In this document: piece by piece, positions 15,001 through 29,449 of the stretch
Layout: the number at the start of each line of letters is the position of its first letter
How positions within the stretch are numbered: position 1 is the stretch's first letter
NCBI RefSeq assembly: GCF_036365525.1
Contig: NC_090391.1
Coordinates: 11,780,001 to 11,844,000, forward strand
Direction of reading: 5' to 3'
Length of the DNA: 64,000 nucleotides
Origin: Heterodontus francisci
Lineage: Eukaryota
Notes under the pieces: generated by a model
Seen by the model: the letters and a program-made list of their open reading frames with translations, nothing else
Databases searched by the model: none
What the model was told of the DNA's origin: nothing
Made by a program: the position numbers and the translations under genes

Positions 15001-18000
15001 TCGAATGTGGGATTAATTCTGTATCTGTCAGTGTTTGTTACTGTGTATGAGTGTGGGATTAATTCTGTATCTATCAGTGTCTGTTACTGTGGGTGAGTGT
15101 GGGATTAATTATGTATCTGTCACTGATTGTTACTCTCTGTGAGTGTGGGATTATGTCTGTATCTATCATTGTCTGTTACTGTGGGTGAATGTGGGATTAA
15201 TTATGTATCTGTAGTGTCTGTTACTGTGTGAGAGTGCGGGATTAATTCTGTATCTGTCAGTGTCTGTTACAGTGTGTGAGTGTGGGATTCATTCTGCATC
15301 TGTCAGTGTCTGTTACTGTGTGTGAGTGTGGGATTAATTCTGTATCTGTTGCGTCTGTTACAGTGTGTGAGTGTGGGATTAATTCTGCATCTGTCAGTAT
15401 CTGTTACTGTTTGTGAGTGTGGGATTAATTCTGTATCTGTTGCGTCTGTTACAGTGTGTGAGTGTGGGATTAATTCTGCATCTGTCAGTGTCTGTTACTG
15501 TGTGTGAGTGTGGGATTAATTCAGTATCTGTCAGTGTCTCTTACTGTGTGTGAGAGTGGGATTAGTTCTGTATCGATCAGTGTCTGTTACTGTTTGTGAG
15601 TAAGGGATTAGTTCTGTATCTGTCAGTGTCTGTTACTGTGTGTGAGTGTGGGATTAATTCTTTATCTGTCAGTGTCTTACTATGTGAAAGTGTGGGATTA
15701 ATTCTGTATCTGTCAGTGTCTGTTACAGTGTGTGAGTGTGGGATTCATTCTGCATCTGTCAGTGTCTGTTACTGTGTGCGTGTGTGGGATTAATTCTGTA
15801 TCTGTTGCGTCTGTTACAGTGTGTGAGTGTGGGATTAATTCTGCATCTGTCAGTATCTGTTACTGTGTGTGTGTGTGGGATTAATTCAGTATCTGTCAGT
15901 GTCTGTTACTGTTTGTGAGTATGGGATTTGTTCTGTATCTGTCAGTGTCTGTTACTGTGTGTGAGTGTGGGATTAATTCTGTATCTATCAGTGTCTGTTA
16001 CAGTGTATGATTGTGGGATTAATTCTGTATCTGTCGGTTTCTGTTACTGTGTGAGAGAGGGGGATTAGTTCTGGATCTGGCAGTGTCTGTTACAGTGTGG
16101 AGTGTGGGATTAATTCTGTATCTGTCGGTGTCTGTTACAGTGTGTGAGTGTGGGATTAATTCTGCATCTGTCAATGTCTGTTACTGTGTCTGAGTGTGGA
16201 ATTAATTCTGTTCTGAAACTGTCTGTTACTGTGTGAGAGTGTGGGATTAGGTCTATATCTGTCAGTGTCTGTTACTGTGTGCGTGTGGGATTAATTCTGT
16301 ATCTGTCAGTGCCTGTTACTCTCTGTGAGTGTGGGATTAGTTATGTATCTGTCAGTGTCTGTTGCTGTGAGTGAGTGTGGGATGTATTCTGTTTCTGTCA
16401 GTGTCTGTTACTGCGTGAGTCTGGGATTAATTCTGTATCTGTCAGTGTCTGTTACAGTGTGTGAGTGTGGGATTAATGCTATATCTGTCAGTGTCTGTTA
16501 CTGTGTGAGAGTGTGGGATTAATTCTGCATCTATCAGTGTCTGTTACTGTGCATGATTGTGGGAATAATTCTATATCTGTCAGTGTCTGTTACTGTGTGA
16601 CTGTGTGGGATTAATTCTGTATCGGTCAGTGTCTGTTACAGTGTGTGAGTGTGGGATTAATTCTGCATCTGTCAGTGTCTGTTGCAGTGTGTGAGTGTGG
16701 GATTAATTCTGCATCTGTCAGTGTCTGTTACTGTGTGTGAGTGTGGGATTAATTCTGTATCTGTCAGTGTCTGTTACTGTGTGTGAGTGTGGCATTTATT
16801 TTGTATCTGTCAGTGTCTGTAACTGTGAGTGAGTTTGGGATTAATTCTGTTCATGTCACTGTCTGTTACTGTGTGTGAGTGTGGCATTAGTTCAGTATCT
16901 TTCAGCGTCTGCTCTTGTGTGTGAGTGTGGGAATAATTCTGTATCAATCAGTGTCTGTTACTGTGGGTGAGTGTGGGATAAATTATGTATCTGTCACTGA
17001 TTGTTACTGTGTGTGAGTGTGGGATAAATTCTGTATCTGTCAGTGTCTGTTGCAGTGTGTGAGTGTGGGATTAATTCTGTATCTGTCAGTGTCTTACTGT
17101 GTGCGAATGTGGGAATAATTCTGTATCTGTCAGTGTCTATTACTGTGTTTGAGTGTGGGATTAATCCTGCATCTATCAGTGTCTGTTACTGTGTGTGAGT
17201 GTGGGATTTATTCTGTATCGGTCAGTATCTGTTACTGTGTGTGAGTGTGGGATTAATTCTGTATCTATCAGTGTCTGTTACTGTGGCTGAGTGTGCGATA
17301 AATTATGTATCCATCACTGATTGTTACTGTGTGTGAGTGTGGGATTAAGTCTGTATCTATCATTGTCTGTTACTGTGTGTGAGAGTGGGATTAAGTATGG
17401 ATCTGTCAGTGTCTGTTACTGTGTGACTGTGTGGGACTAATTCTGTATCGGTCAGTGACTGTTGCCGTGTGTGAGTGTGGGATTAATTCTGCATCTGTCA
17501 GTGTCTGTTTCTGTGTGTGAGTGTGGCATTTATTTTGTATCTGTCAGTGTCTGTCACTGTGTGAGAGTGTGGGATTAATTCTGCATCTGTCAGTGTCTGT
17601 TACAGTGTGTGAGTGTGGGATTAATTCTGTATCGTCAGTGTCTGTTACTGTGTGTGAGTGTGGCATTTATTTTGTATCTGTCAGTGTCTGTAACTGTGTG
17701 AGAGTGTGGGATTAATTCTGTATCTGTCAGTGTCTGTTACTGTGTGACCTTGTAGGATTAATTCTGTATCGGTCAGTGTCTGTTGCAGTGTGTGAGTGTG
17801 GGATTAATTCTATATCTGTCAGTGTCTGTTGCAGTGTTTGAGTGTGGGATTAATTCTGCATCTGTCAGTGACCGTTACTGTGTGTGAGTGTGGGACTAAT
17901 TCTGTATCTGTCAGTGTCTGTTGCTGTGTGTGATTGTGGCATTTATTTTGTATCTGTCAGTTTCTGTAACTGTGTGTGAGTGTGGGATTAATTCTGTATC

Positions 18001-21000
18001 TGTCAGTGTCTGTTACTCACTGTGAGTGTGGGATTAGTTCTGTATCTGTCAGTGTCTGTTGCTGTGAGTGAGTGTGGGATTTATTCTGTATCTGTCAGTG
18101 TCTGTTTTTGTGTGAGTGTGGGATTAATTCTGTATCTGTCAGTGTCTGTTACAGTGTGTGAGTGTGGGATTAATTCTGTATCTGTCAGTGTCTGTTACTG
18201 TGTGAGAGTGTGGGATTAATTCTGTATCTGTCAGTGTATGTTACTGTGTGTGAGTGTGGGATTAATTCTGCATCTATCAGTCTCTGTTACTGTGTATGAT
18301 TGTGGGAATAATTCTGTATCTGTCAGTGTCTGTTTCTGTGTGACTGTGTGGGATTAATTCTGTATCGGTCAGTGTCTGTTCCAGTGTGTGAGTGTGGGAT
18401 TAATTCTGTATCGTCAGTGTCTGTTACTGTGTGTGCGTGTGGCATTTATTTTGTATCTGTCAGTGTCTGTAACTGTGTGAGAGTGTGGGATTAATTCTGT
18501 ATCTGTCAGTGTCTGTTACTGTGTGACTGTGTAGGATTAATTCTGTATCGGTCAGTGTCTGTTACAGTGTGTGAGTGTGGGATTCATTCTATATCTGTCA
18601 TTGTCTGTTGTAGTGTTTGAGTGTGGGATTAATTCTGCATCTGTCAGTGACCGTTACTGTGTGTGAGTGTGGGACTAATTCTGTATCTGTCAGTGTCTGT
18701 TGCTGTGTGTGATTGTGGCATTTATTTTGTATCTGTCAGTTTCTGTAACTGTGTGTGAGTGTGGGATTAATTCTGTATCTGTCAGTGTCTGTTACTCACT
18801 GTGAGTGTGGGATTAGTTCTGTATCTGTCAGTGTCTGTTGCTGTGAGTGAGTGTGGGATTTATTCTGTATCTGTCAGTGTCTGTTTTTGTGTGAGTGTGG
18901 GATTAATTCTGTATCTGTCAGTGTCTGTTACAGTGTGTGAGTGTGGGATTAATTCTGTATCTGTCAGTGTCTGTTACTGTGTGAGAGTATGGGATTAATT
19001 CAGTATCTGTCAGTGTATGATACTGTGTGTGAGTGTGGGATTAATTCTGCATCTATCAGTCTCTGTTACTGTGTATGATTGTGGGAATAATTCTGTATCT
19101 GTCAGTGTCTGTTTCTGTGTGACTGTGTGGGATTAATTCTGCATCGGTCAGTGTCTGTTCCAGTGTGTGAGTGTGGGATTAATTCTGTATCTGTCAGTGT
19201 CTGTTACTGTGTGTGATTGCGGGATTAATACTGTATCTGTCAGTGTCTGATGCTGTGTGTGAGTGTGTCATTTATTTTGTATCTTTCAGTGTCTGTAACT
19301 GTGTGTGAGTGTGGGATTAATTCTGAATCTATCAGTGTTTAAATGTGAGTGAGTGTGGGATTAGTTCTGTTCATGTCACTGTCTGTTACTCTGTGTGAGT
19401 GTGGCATTAGTTCAGTATCTTTCAGCGTCTGCTCTTGTGTGTGAGTGTGGGATTAATTCTGTATCTGTCAGTGTCTTACTGTGTGCGAATGTGGGATTAA
19501 TTCTGTATCTGTCAGTGTCTGTTACAGTGTGTGAGTGTGGGATTAATTCTGCATCTGTCAATGTCTGTTACTGTGTCTGAGTGTGGAATTAATTCTGTTT
19601 CAGAAACTGTCTGTTACTGTGTGAGAGTGTGGGATTAGGTCTATATCTGTCAGTGTCTGTTACTGTGTGAGTGTGGGATTAATTCTGTATCTGTCAGTGC
19701 CTGTTACTCTCTGTGAGTGTGGGATTAGTTCTGTATCTGTCAGTGTCTGTTGCTGTGAGTGAGTGTGGGATGTATTCTGTTTCTGTCAGTGTCTGTTACT
19801 GCGTGAGTCTGGGATTAATTCTGTATCTGTCAGTGTCTGTTACAGTGTGTGAGTGTGGGATTAATGCTATATCTGTCAGTGTCTGTTACTGTGTGAGAGT
19901 GTGTGATTAAGTCTGTATCTGTCCGTGTGTGTTACTGCGTGTGAGTGTGGGATTAATTCTGCATCTATCAGTGTCTGTTACTGTGCATGATTGTGGGAAT
20001 AATTCTATATCTGTCAGTGTCTGTTACTGTGTGACTGTGTGGGATTAATTCTGTATCGGTCAGTGTCTGTTACAGTGTGTGAGTGTGGGATTAATTCTGC
20101 ATCTGTCAGTGTCTGTTGCAGTGTGTGAGTGTGGGATTAATTCTGCATCTGTCAGTGTCTGTTACTGTGTGTGAGTGTGGGATTAATTCTGTATCTGTCA
20201 GTGTCTGTTACTGTGTGTGAGTGTGGCATTTATTTTGTATCTGTCAGTGTCTGTAACTGTGAGTGAGTTTGGGATTAATTCTGTTCATGTCACTGTCTGT
20301 TACTGTGTGTGAGTGTGGCATTAGTTCAGTATCTTTCAGCGTCTGCTCTTGTGTGTGAGTGTGGGAATAATTCTGTATCTATCAGTGTCTGTTACTGTGG
20401 GTGAGTGTAGGATAAATTATGTATCTGTCACTGATTGTTACTGTGTGTGAGTGTGGGATAAATTCTGTATCTGTCAGTGTCTGTTGCAGTGTGTGAGTGT
20501 GGGATTAATTCTGTATCTGTCAGTGTCTTACTGTGTGCGAATGTGGGAATAATTCTGTATCTGTCAGTGTCTATTACTGTGTTTGAGTGTGGGATTAATC
20601 CTGCATCTATCAGTGTCTGTTACTGTGTGTGAGTGTGGGATTTATTCTGTATCGGTCAGTATCTGTTACTGTGTGTGAGTGTGGGATTAATTCTGTATCT
20701 ATCAGTGTCTGTTACTGTGGCTGAGTGTGCGATAAATTATGTATCTATCACTGATTGTTACTGTGTGTGAGTGTGGGATTAAGTCTGTATCTATCATTGT
20801 CTGTTACTGTGTGTGAGAGTGGGATTAAGTATGGATCTGTCAGTGTCTGTTACTGTGTGACTGTGTGGGACTAATTCTGTATCGGTCAGTGACTGTTGCC
20901 GTGTGTGAGTGTGGGATTAATTCTGCATCTGTCAGTGTCTGTTTCTGTGTGTGAGTGTGGCATTTATTTTGTATCTGTCAGTGTCTGTCACTGTGTGAGA

Positions 21001-24000
21001 GTGTGGGATTAATTCTGCATCTGTCAGTGTCTGTTACAGTGTGTGAGTGTGGGATTAATTCTGTATCGTCAGTGTCTGTTACTGTGTGTGAGTGTGGCAT
21101 TTATTTTGTATCTGTCAGTGTCTGTAACTGTGTGAGAGTGTGGGATTAATTCTGTATCTGTCAGTATCTGTTACTGTGTGACTGTGTAGGATTAATTCTG
21201 TATCGGTCAGTGTCTGTTACAGTGTGTGAGTGTGGGATTCATTCTATATCTGTCAGTGTCTGTTGTAGTGTTTGAGTGTGGGATTAATTCTGCATCTGTC
21301 AGTGACCGTTACTGTGTGTGACTGTGGGACTAATTCTGTATCTGTCAGTGTCTGTTGCTGTGTGTGATTGTGGCATTTATTTTGTATCTGTCAGTTTCTG
21401 TAACTGTGTGTGAGTGTGGGATTTATTCTGTATCTGTCAGTGTCTGTTTTTGTGTGAGTGTGGGATTAATTCTGTATCTGTCAGTGTCTGTTACAGTGTG
21501 TGAGTGTGGGATTAATTCTGTTTCTTTCAGTGTCTGTTACTGTGTGAGAGTGTGGGATTAATTCTGTATCTGTCAGTGTATGTTACTGTGTGTGAGTGTG
21601 GGATTAATTCTGCATCTATCAGTCTCTGTTACTGTGTATGATTGTGGGAATAATTCTGTATCTGTCAGTGTCTGTTTCTGTGTGACTGTGTGGGATTAAT
21701 TCTGTATCGGTCAGTGTCTGTTGCAGTGTGTGAGTGTGGGATTAATTCTGTATCGTCAGTGTCTGTTACTGTGTGTGAGTGTGGCATTTATTTTGTATCT
21801 GTCAGTGTCTGTAACTGTGTGAGAGTGTGGGATTAATTCTGTATCTGTCAGTGTCTGTTACTGTGTGACTGTGTAGGATTAATTCTGTATCGGTCAGTGT
21901 CTGTTACAGTGTGTGAGTGTGGGATTCATTCTATATCTGTCAGTGTCTGTTGCAGTGTTTGAGTGTGGGATTAATTCTGCATCTGTCAGTGACCGTTACT
22001 GTGTGTGAGTGTGGGACTAATTCTGTATCTGTCAGTGTCTGTTGCTGTGTGTGATTGTGGCATTTATTTTGTATCTGTCAGTTTCTGTAACTGTGTGTGA
22101 GTGTGGGATTAATTCTGTATCTGTCAGTGTCTGTTACTCACTGTGAGTGTGGGATTAGTTCTGTATCTGTCAGTGTCTGTTGCTGTGAGTGAGTGTGGGA
22201 TTTATTCTGTATCTGTCAGTGTCTGTTTTTGTGTGAGTGTGGGATTAATTCTGTATCTGTCAGTGTCTGTTACAGTGTGTGAGTGTGGGATTAATTCTGT
22301 ATCTGTCAGTGTCTGTTACTGTGTGAGAGTGTGGGATTAATTCAGTATCTGTCAGTGTATGTTACTGTGTGTGAGTGTGGGATTAATTCTGCATCTATCA
22401 GTCTCTGTTACTGTGTATGATTGTGGGAATAATTCTGTATCTGTCAGTGTCTGTTTCTGTGTGACTGTGTGGGATTAATTCTGCATCGGTCAGTGTCTGT
22501 TCCAGTGTGTGAGTGTGGGGTTAATTCTGTATCTGTCAGTGTCTGTTACTGTGTGTGAGTGTGGCATTTATTTTGTATCTGTCAGTGTCTGTTACTGTGT
22601 GTGAGTGTGGGAATAATTCTGTATCTATCAGTGTCTGTTACAGTGGGTGAGTGTAGGATAAATTATGTATCTGTCACTGATTGTTACTGTGTGTGAGTGT
22701 GGGATAAATTCTGTATCTGTCAGTGTCTGTTGCAGTGTGTGAGTGTGGGATTAATTCTGTATCTGTCAGTGTCTTACTGTGTGCGAATGTGGGAATAATT
22801 CTGTATCTGTCAGTGTCTATTACTGTGTTTGAGTGTGGGATTAATCCTGCATCTATCAGTGTCTGTTACTGTGTGTGAGTGTGGGATTTATTCTGTATCG
22901 GTCAGTATCTGTTACTGTGTGTGAGTGTGGGATTAATTCTGTATCTATCAGTGTCTGTTACTGTGGCTGAGTGTGCGATAAATTATGTATCTATCACTGA
23001 TTGCTACTGTGTGTGAGTGTGGTATTAAGTCTGTATCTATCATTGTCTGTTACTGTGTGTGAGAGTGGGATTAAGTATGGATCTGTCAGTGTCTGTTACT
23101 GTGTGACTGTGTGGGACTAATTCTGTATCGGTCAGTGACTGTTGCCGTGTGTGAGTGTGGGATTAATTCTGTATCTGTCAGTGTCTGATGCTGTGTGTGA
23201 GTGTGGCATTTATTTTGTATCTTTCAGTGTCTGTAACTGTGTGTGAGTGTGGGATTAATTCTGTATCTATCAGTGTTTTACTGTGAGTGAGTGTGGGATT
23301 AGTTCTGTTCATGTCACTGTCTGTTACTCTGTGTGAGTGTGGCATTAGTTCAGTATCTTTCAGCGTCTGCTCTTGTGTGTGAGTGTGGGATTAATTCTGT
23401 ATCTGTCAGTGTCTTACTGTGTGCGAATGTGGGATTAATTCTGTATCTGTCAGTGTCTGTTACAGTGTGTGAGTGTGGGATTAATTCTGCATCTGTCAAT
23501 GTCTGTTACTGTGTCTGAGTGTGGAATTAATTCTGTTTCAGAAACTGTCTGTTACTGTGTGAGAGTGTGGGATTAGGTCTATATCTGTCAGTGTCTGTTA
23601 CTGTGTGAGTGTGGGATTAATTCTGTATCTGTCAGTGCCTGTTACTCTCTGTGAGTGTGGGATTAGTTCTGTATCTGTCAGTGTCTGTTGCTGTGAGTGA
23701 GTGTGGGATGTATTATGTTTCTGTCAGTGTCTGTTACTGCGTGAGTCTGGGATTAATTCTGTATCTGTCAGTGTCTGTTACAGTGTGTGAGTGTGGGATT
23801 AATGCTATATCTGTCAGTGTCTGTTACTGTGTGAGAGTGTGTGATTAAGTCTGTATCTGTCCGTGTGGTGTTACTGCGTGTGAGTGTGGGATTAATTCTG
23901 CATCTATCAGTGTCTGTTACTGTGCATGATTGTGGGAATAATTCTATATCTGTCAGTGTCTGTTACTGTGTGACTGTGTGGGATTAATTCTGTATCGATC

Positions 24001-27000
24001 AGTGTCTGTTACAGTGTGTGAGTGTGGGATTAATTCTGCATCTGTCAGTGTCTGTTGCAGTGTGTGAGTGTGGGATTAATTCTGCATCTGTCAGTGTCTG
24101 TTACTGTGTGTGAGTGTGGGATTAATTCTGTATCTGTCAGTGTCTGTTACTGTGTGTGAGTGTGGCATTTATTTTGTATCTGTCAGTGTCTGTAACTGTG
24201 AGTGAGTTTGGGATTAATTCTGTTCATGTCACTGTCTGTTACTGTGTGTGAGTGTGGCATTAGTTCAGTATCTTTCAGCGTCTGCTCTTGTGTGTGAGTG
24301 TGGGAATAATTCTGTATCTATCAGTGTCTGTTACTGTGGGTGAGTGTAGGATAAATTATGTATCTGTCACTGATTGTTACTGTGTGTGAGTGTGGGATAA
24401 ATTCTGTATCTGTCAGTGTCTGTTGCAGTGTGTGAGTGTGGGATTAATTCTGTATCTGTCAGTGTCTTACTGTGTGCGAATGTGGGAATAATTCTGTATC
24501 TGTCAGTGTCTATTACTGTGTTTGAGTGTGGGATTTATTCTGTATCGGTCAGTATCTGTTACTGTGTGTGAGTGTGGGATTAATTCTGTATCTATCAGTG
24601 TCTGTTACTGTGGCTGAGTGTGCGATAAATTATGTATCTATCACTGATTGTTACTGTGTGTGAGTGTGGGATTAAGTCTGTATCTATCATTGTCTGTTAC
24701 TGTGTGTGAGAGTGGGATTAAGTATGGATCTGTCAGTGTCTGTTACTGTGTGACTGTGTGGGACTAATTCTGTATCGGTCAGTGACTGTTGCCGTGTGTG
24801 AGTGTGGGATTAATTCTGCATCTGTCAGTGTCTGTTTCTGTGTGTGAGTGTGGCATTTATTTTGTATCTGTCAGTGTCTGTCACTGTGTGAGAGTGTGGG
24901 ATTAATTCTGCATCTGTCAGTGTCTGTTACAGTGTGTGAGTGTGGGATTAATTCTGTATCGTCAGTGTCTGTTACTGTGTGTGAGTGTGGCATTTATTTT
25001 GTATCTGTCAGTGTCTGTAACTGTGTGAGAGTGTGGGATTAATTCTGTATCTGTCAGTGTCTGTTACTGTGTGACTGTGCAGGATTAATTCTGTATCGGT
25101 CAGTGTCTGTTACAGTGTGTGAGTGTGGGATTCATTCTATATCTGTCAGTGTCTGTTGTAGTGTTTGAGTGTGGGATTAATTCTGCATCTGTCAGTGACC
25201 GTTACTGTGTGTGACTGTGGGACTAATTCTGTATCTGTCAGTGTCTGTTGCTGTGTGTGATTGTGGCATTTATTTTGTATCTGTCAGTTTCTGTAACTGT
25301 GTGTGAGTGTGGGATTAATTCTGTATCTGTCAGTGTCTGTTACTCACTGTGAGTGTGGGATTAGTTCTGTATCTGTCAGTGTCTGTTGCTGTGAGTGAGC
25401 GTGGGATTTATTCTGTATCTGTCAGTGTCTGTTTTTGTGTGAGTGTGGGATTAATTCTGTATCTGTCAGTGTCTGTTACAGTGTGTGAGTGTGGGATTAA
25501 TTCTGTATCTGTCAGTGTCTGTTACTGTGTGAGAGTGTGGGATTAATTCTGTATCTGTCAGTGTATGTTACTGTGTGTGAGTGTGGGATTAATTCTGCAT
25601 CTATCAGTCTCTGTTACTGTGTATGATTGTGGGAATAATTCTGTATCTGTCAGTGTCTGTTTCTGTGTGACTGTGTGGGATTAATTCTGTATCGGTCAGT
25701 GTCTGTTCCAGTGTGTGAGTGTGGGATTAATTCTGTATCGTCAGTGTCTGTTACTGTGTGTGAGTGTGGCATTTATTTTGTATCTGTCAGTGTCTGTAAC
25801 TGTGTGAGAGTGTGGGATTAATTCTGTATCTGTCAGTGTCTGTTACTGTGTGACTGTGTAGGATTAATTCTGTATCGGTCAGTGTCTGTTACAGTGTGTG
25901 AGTGTGGGATTCATTCTATATCTGTCAGTGTCTGTTGCAGTGTTTGAGTGTGGGATTAATTCTGCATCTGTCAGTGACCGTTACTGTGTGTGAGTGTGGG
26001 ACTAATTCTGTATCTGTCAGTGTCTGTTGCTGTGTGTGATTGTGGCATTTATTTTGTATCTGTCAGTTTCTGTAACTGTGTGTGAGTGTGGGATTAATTC
26101 TGTATCTGTCAGTGTCTGTTACTCACTGTGAGTGTTGGATTAGTTCTGTATCTGTCAGTGTCTGTTGCTGTGAGTGAGAGTGGGATTTATTCTGTATCTG
26201 TCAGTGTCTGTTTTTGTTTGAGTGTGGGATTAATTCTGTGTCTGTCAGTGTCTGTTACAGTGTGTGAGTGTGGGATTAATTCTGTATCTGTCAGTGTCTG
26301 TTACTGTGTGAGAGTGTGGGATTAATTCTGTATCTGTCAGTGTATGTTACTGTGTGTGAGTGTGGGATTAATTCTGCATCTATCAGTCTCTTTTACTGTG
26401 TATGATTGTGGGAATAATTCTGTATCTGTCAGTGTCTGTTTCTGTGTGACTGTGTGGGATTAATTCTGTATCGGTCAGTGTCTGTTCCAGTGTGTGAGTG
26501 TGGAATTAATTCTGTATCGTCAGTGTCTGTTACTGTGTGTGAGTGTGGCATTTATTTTGTATCTGTCAGTGTCTGTAACTGTGTGAGAGTGTGGGATTAA
26601 TTCTGTATCTGTCAGTGTCTGTTACTGTGTGACTGTGTAGGATTAATTCTGTATCGGTCAGTGTCTGTTACAGTGTGTGAGTGTGGGATTCATTCTATAT
26701 CTGTCAGTGTCTGTTGCAGTGTTTGAGTGTGGGATTAATTCTGCATCTGTCAGTGACCGTTACTGTGTGTGAGTGTGGGACTAATTCTGTATCTGTCAGT
26801 GTCTGTTGCTGTGTGTGATTGTGGCATTTATTTTGTATCTGTCAGTTTCTGTAACTGTGTGTGAGTGTGGGATTAATTCTGTATCTGTCAGTGTCTGTTA
26901 CTCACTGTGAGTGTGGGATTAGTTCTGTATCTGTCAGTGTCTGTTGCTGTGAGTGAGTGTGGGATTTATTCTGTATCTGTCAGTGTCTGTTTTTGTGTGA

Positions 27001-27700
27001 GTGTGGGATTAATTCTGTATCTGTCAGTGTCTGTTACAGTGTGTGAGTGTGGGATTAATTCTGTATCTGTCAGTGTCTGTTACTGTGTGAGTGTGTGGGA
27101 TTAATTCTGTATCTGTCAGTGTATGTTACTGTGTGTGAGTGTGGGATTAATTCTATATCTGTCAGTGTCTGTTGCAGTGTTTAAGTGTGGGATTAATTCT
27201 GCATCTGTCAGTGTCTGTTACTGTATGAGAGTGTGGGATTAATTCTGTATTTGTCAGTGTCTGTTGCTGTGTGTGAGTGTGGCATTTATTTTGTATCTTT
27301 CAGTTTCTGTAACTGTGTGTGAGTGTGGTATTAATTCTGTGTATATCAGTGTCTTACTGTGTGCGAGTGTGGGATTAATTCTGTATCTGTCAGTGTCTTT
27401 TACTGTATGTGAGTGTGGTATTAATTCTGTATCTGTCAGTATCTGTTACTTCTCTGAGTGTGGGATTAATTCTGTATCTGTGTCTGTTACTGTGTGTGAG
27501 TGTGGTATTAATTCTGTATTGTCAGTTTCTGTAACTGTGTGTGTGTGTGGGATTAATTCTGTATATGTCAGTATCTGTTACTGTGTGTGAGTGTGGGATT
27601 CAGTCTGTACCTATCAGTCTGTGCTACTGTTTGAATGAGGGATCTGTCATTCCCTGCTCCTGTGTGTAAGCATGTGATTCATTCTGTCCCTGTCTGCCTG
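1..27700. repeat. 46-bp satellite array (~600 monomers), consensus GTGGGATTAATTCTGTATCTGTCAGTGTCTGTTACTGTGTGTGAGT; runs off left edge
   Basis: GGGATTAATT recurs at 64 and 110 (46-bp period; 44/45-bp variants occur). Continuous to ~27,600, then decays. All Cys/Val/Ser-rich ORFs in this span are repeat translations. Confidence 0.98.
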
Positions 27701-28219
27701 TGGTACTGGATGAGCCTGTGAGATTTAGTCTGTATTTGTCAGTCTCTTGTATGTTTGTGAATCTGGTGTTCATTTGTCTGATGATTTTCATTTGCAACTC
27801 ACTTCTGGTCTCTGAAATAATATATTTAACATTAATAGCTCAATCTACAGTGATGGAATTGACAATGTATCTTTCAGTTTGAAATGGGATGTCATGTGTA
27901 GCTCTGGACTGAAAACAATTGATACTGTATCTTGCAGCTGCATAATGTGGATGAATGCTGAACTGTGATCAAAGTTGTCCCTCGGGGTGTCACTATTTTA
28001 CAGCATCACTCCGTCTGATACTGCACAGAATATTGGACTTGCATCTAAGCTTGGTGTGAGGTTACACGACTAGGATGAATGTTGTTTAAACTCATACTGC
28101 AGGTGAAATGGGTGACATTTTAATTTGTGTCCTGGAGCATCTTCCTGGTATGAATTCTCTACCTCTCAACCGGGTACATGTCTCAGATCTGTCTAATATT
28201 TAATTTGTAGCTCAAGCTG

Positions 28220-29155
28220 CACGGAGTCTATTTCAAAATTTGCTGACAGCACCAAACATGGAGGTGAGGTAAATAGTGAGGATGATATGAACAGCCTGCA
28301 ACAGGACATAGACAGGGAAGTAGAATGGGCAGAGAGGTGGCTGATGGAATTTAATACTGCCAAATGTGAGGTGATACATTTTGGTAGAAGGAATAGGGAG
28401 AGGCAATATATACATAATGGCACAGTTCTAAAGAGTTCACAGGAATACAGGGTTCTGGTTGTGCAAGTGCACAGACCTTTGTCGCTGGCAGGACATGTTG
28501 AGAGAGTGGTTAGTAAAGCATATGGGATATTGGGCTTTATAAACAGAGACATTGAGTTCAAAATCAGAGAAGTTATACTGAACCTTTATAAAGCTCTGGT
28601 TAGATCCCAACTGGAGTACTGTGTCCAGTTCTGGTCACCATACCTCAGCATGGATGGGAGCGTCCTTGAGAGGGTGCAGAGGAGATTTACCAGAATGGTT
28701 TCAGGGATGGAGGATTTTAGTTACAAGGTTAGACTTGAAAAGCTGGGCTTGTTCTCCTCAGAACAAAGGAAATTGAGGTGAGATTTAACTCAAGTGTGCA
28801 AGATATTAACAGGGAAGCTAGAAAGGGAAAAACTGTTCCCATTAACAAATGGTACAAGGACTAGGTTACACAGATTGAATGTTTTTGACCAGAGAATTCA
28901 GGGGGAATATGAGGAAACACTGTTTTACACAGGGGGTGGTAATGACCTGGAACTCACTGCCCACAAGGGAGGTGGAAGTGGAGACAATCACTGACTTCAG
29001 TAGGATGTTGGATGGTCACCTGAGAGAAATAGACTTGCAGGGCTATGGGGATCGAGCCGGGGAATGGGACTGACTGTATTCCTTTGTGGAGAGTAAACAT
29101 GCAGTCAATGGGCCGAATAGCCTCCTCTGTGCTGTAAATGACTCTATGACTCTGT
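28220..29155 (+). mobile_element. CR1 LINE 3' fragment (RT C-terminus + 3' UTR)
   Basis: ORF 28287-28781 has CR1 motifs (WAERWLMEFNTAKCEVIHFG, LYKALVRSQLEYCVQFWSP, LERVQRRFTRM). Ends in the short tandem tail gactctat-gactct at ~29,140-29,155. Confidence 0.93.
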
Positions 29156-29378
29156 TTAAATCTGAGAGTTGACCTGGGATTCATGTGGCTACCTGTCAGC
29201 AGTACTGAATTGGGTTGAACTGGAAACAATGTCTGTCTCTCCTGCTCTCTTTACCTTGTTGGGATTGAAAATATGTGTCTGGATCTTGGGATCAGTGTGA
29301 GACTGATTCCATCTGGTGTGCCTGACAGTGGAACTGGTGAGCTGTCTGTGCCTTTACACGCTGGGAATGATCACGTAC

Positions 29379-29449
29379 CTGCTGTGTGTAAGAAGGAGCT
29401 GGGCTGCACGGTTCCTTGGTCCTGGGAAACATCACATCGATTCCAGTTC
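29379..29449 (-). other. Putative internal (apparently non-coding) exon, copy 1
   Basis: Minus strand reads cttctcctttgtgcAG|gaactgg...cacagcag|GTacgt. A homologous exon with the same splice-site arrangement lies at 50184-50267. Confidence 0.55.

Noticed and set aside
240-27590. Dozens of Cys/Val/Ser-rich ORFs that look like a membrane or metal-binding peptide family
   Set aside because: They are translations of the 46-bp satellite, mostly from GTG/TTG starts. The period is not a multiple of 3 and stops recur regularly.
1-27600. Telomeric or G-quadruplex repeat
   Set aside because: No TTAGGG arrays and only one GGG run per 46 bp, too sparse for a canonical G4.
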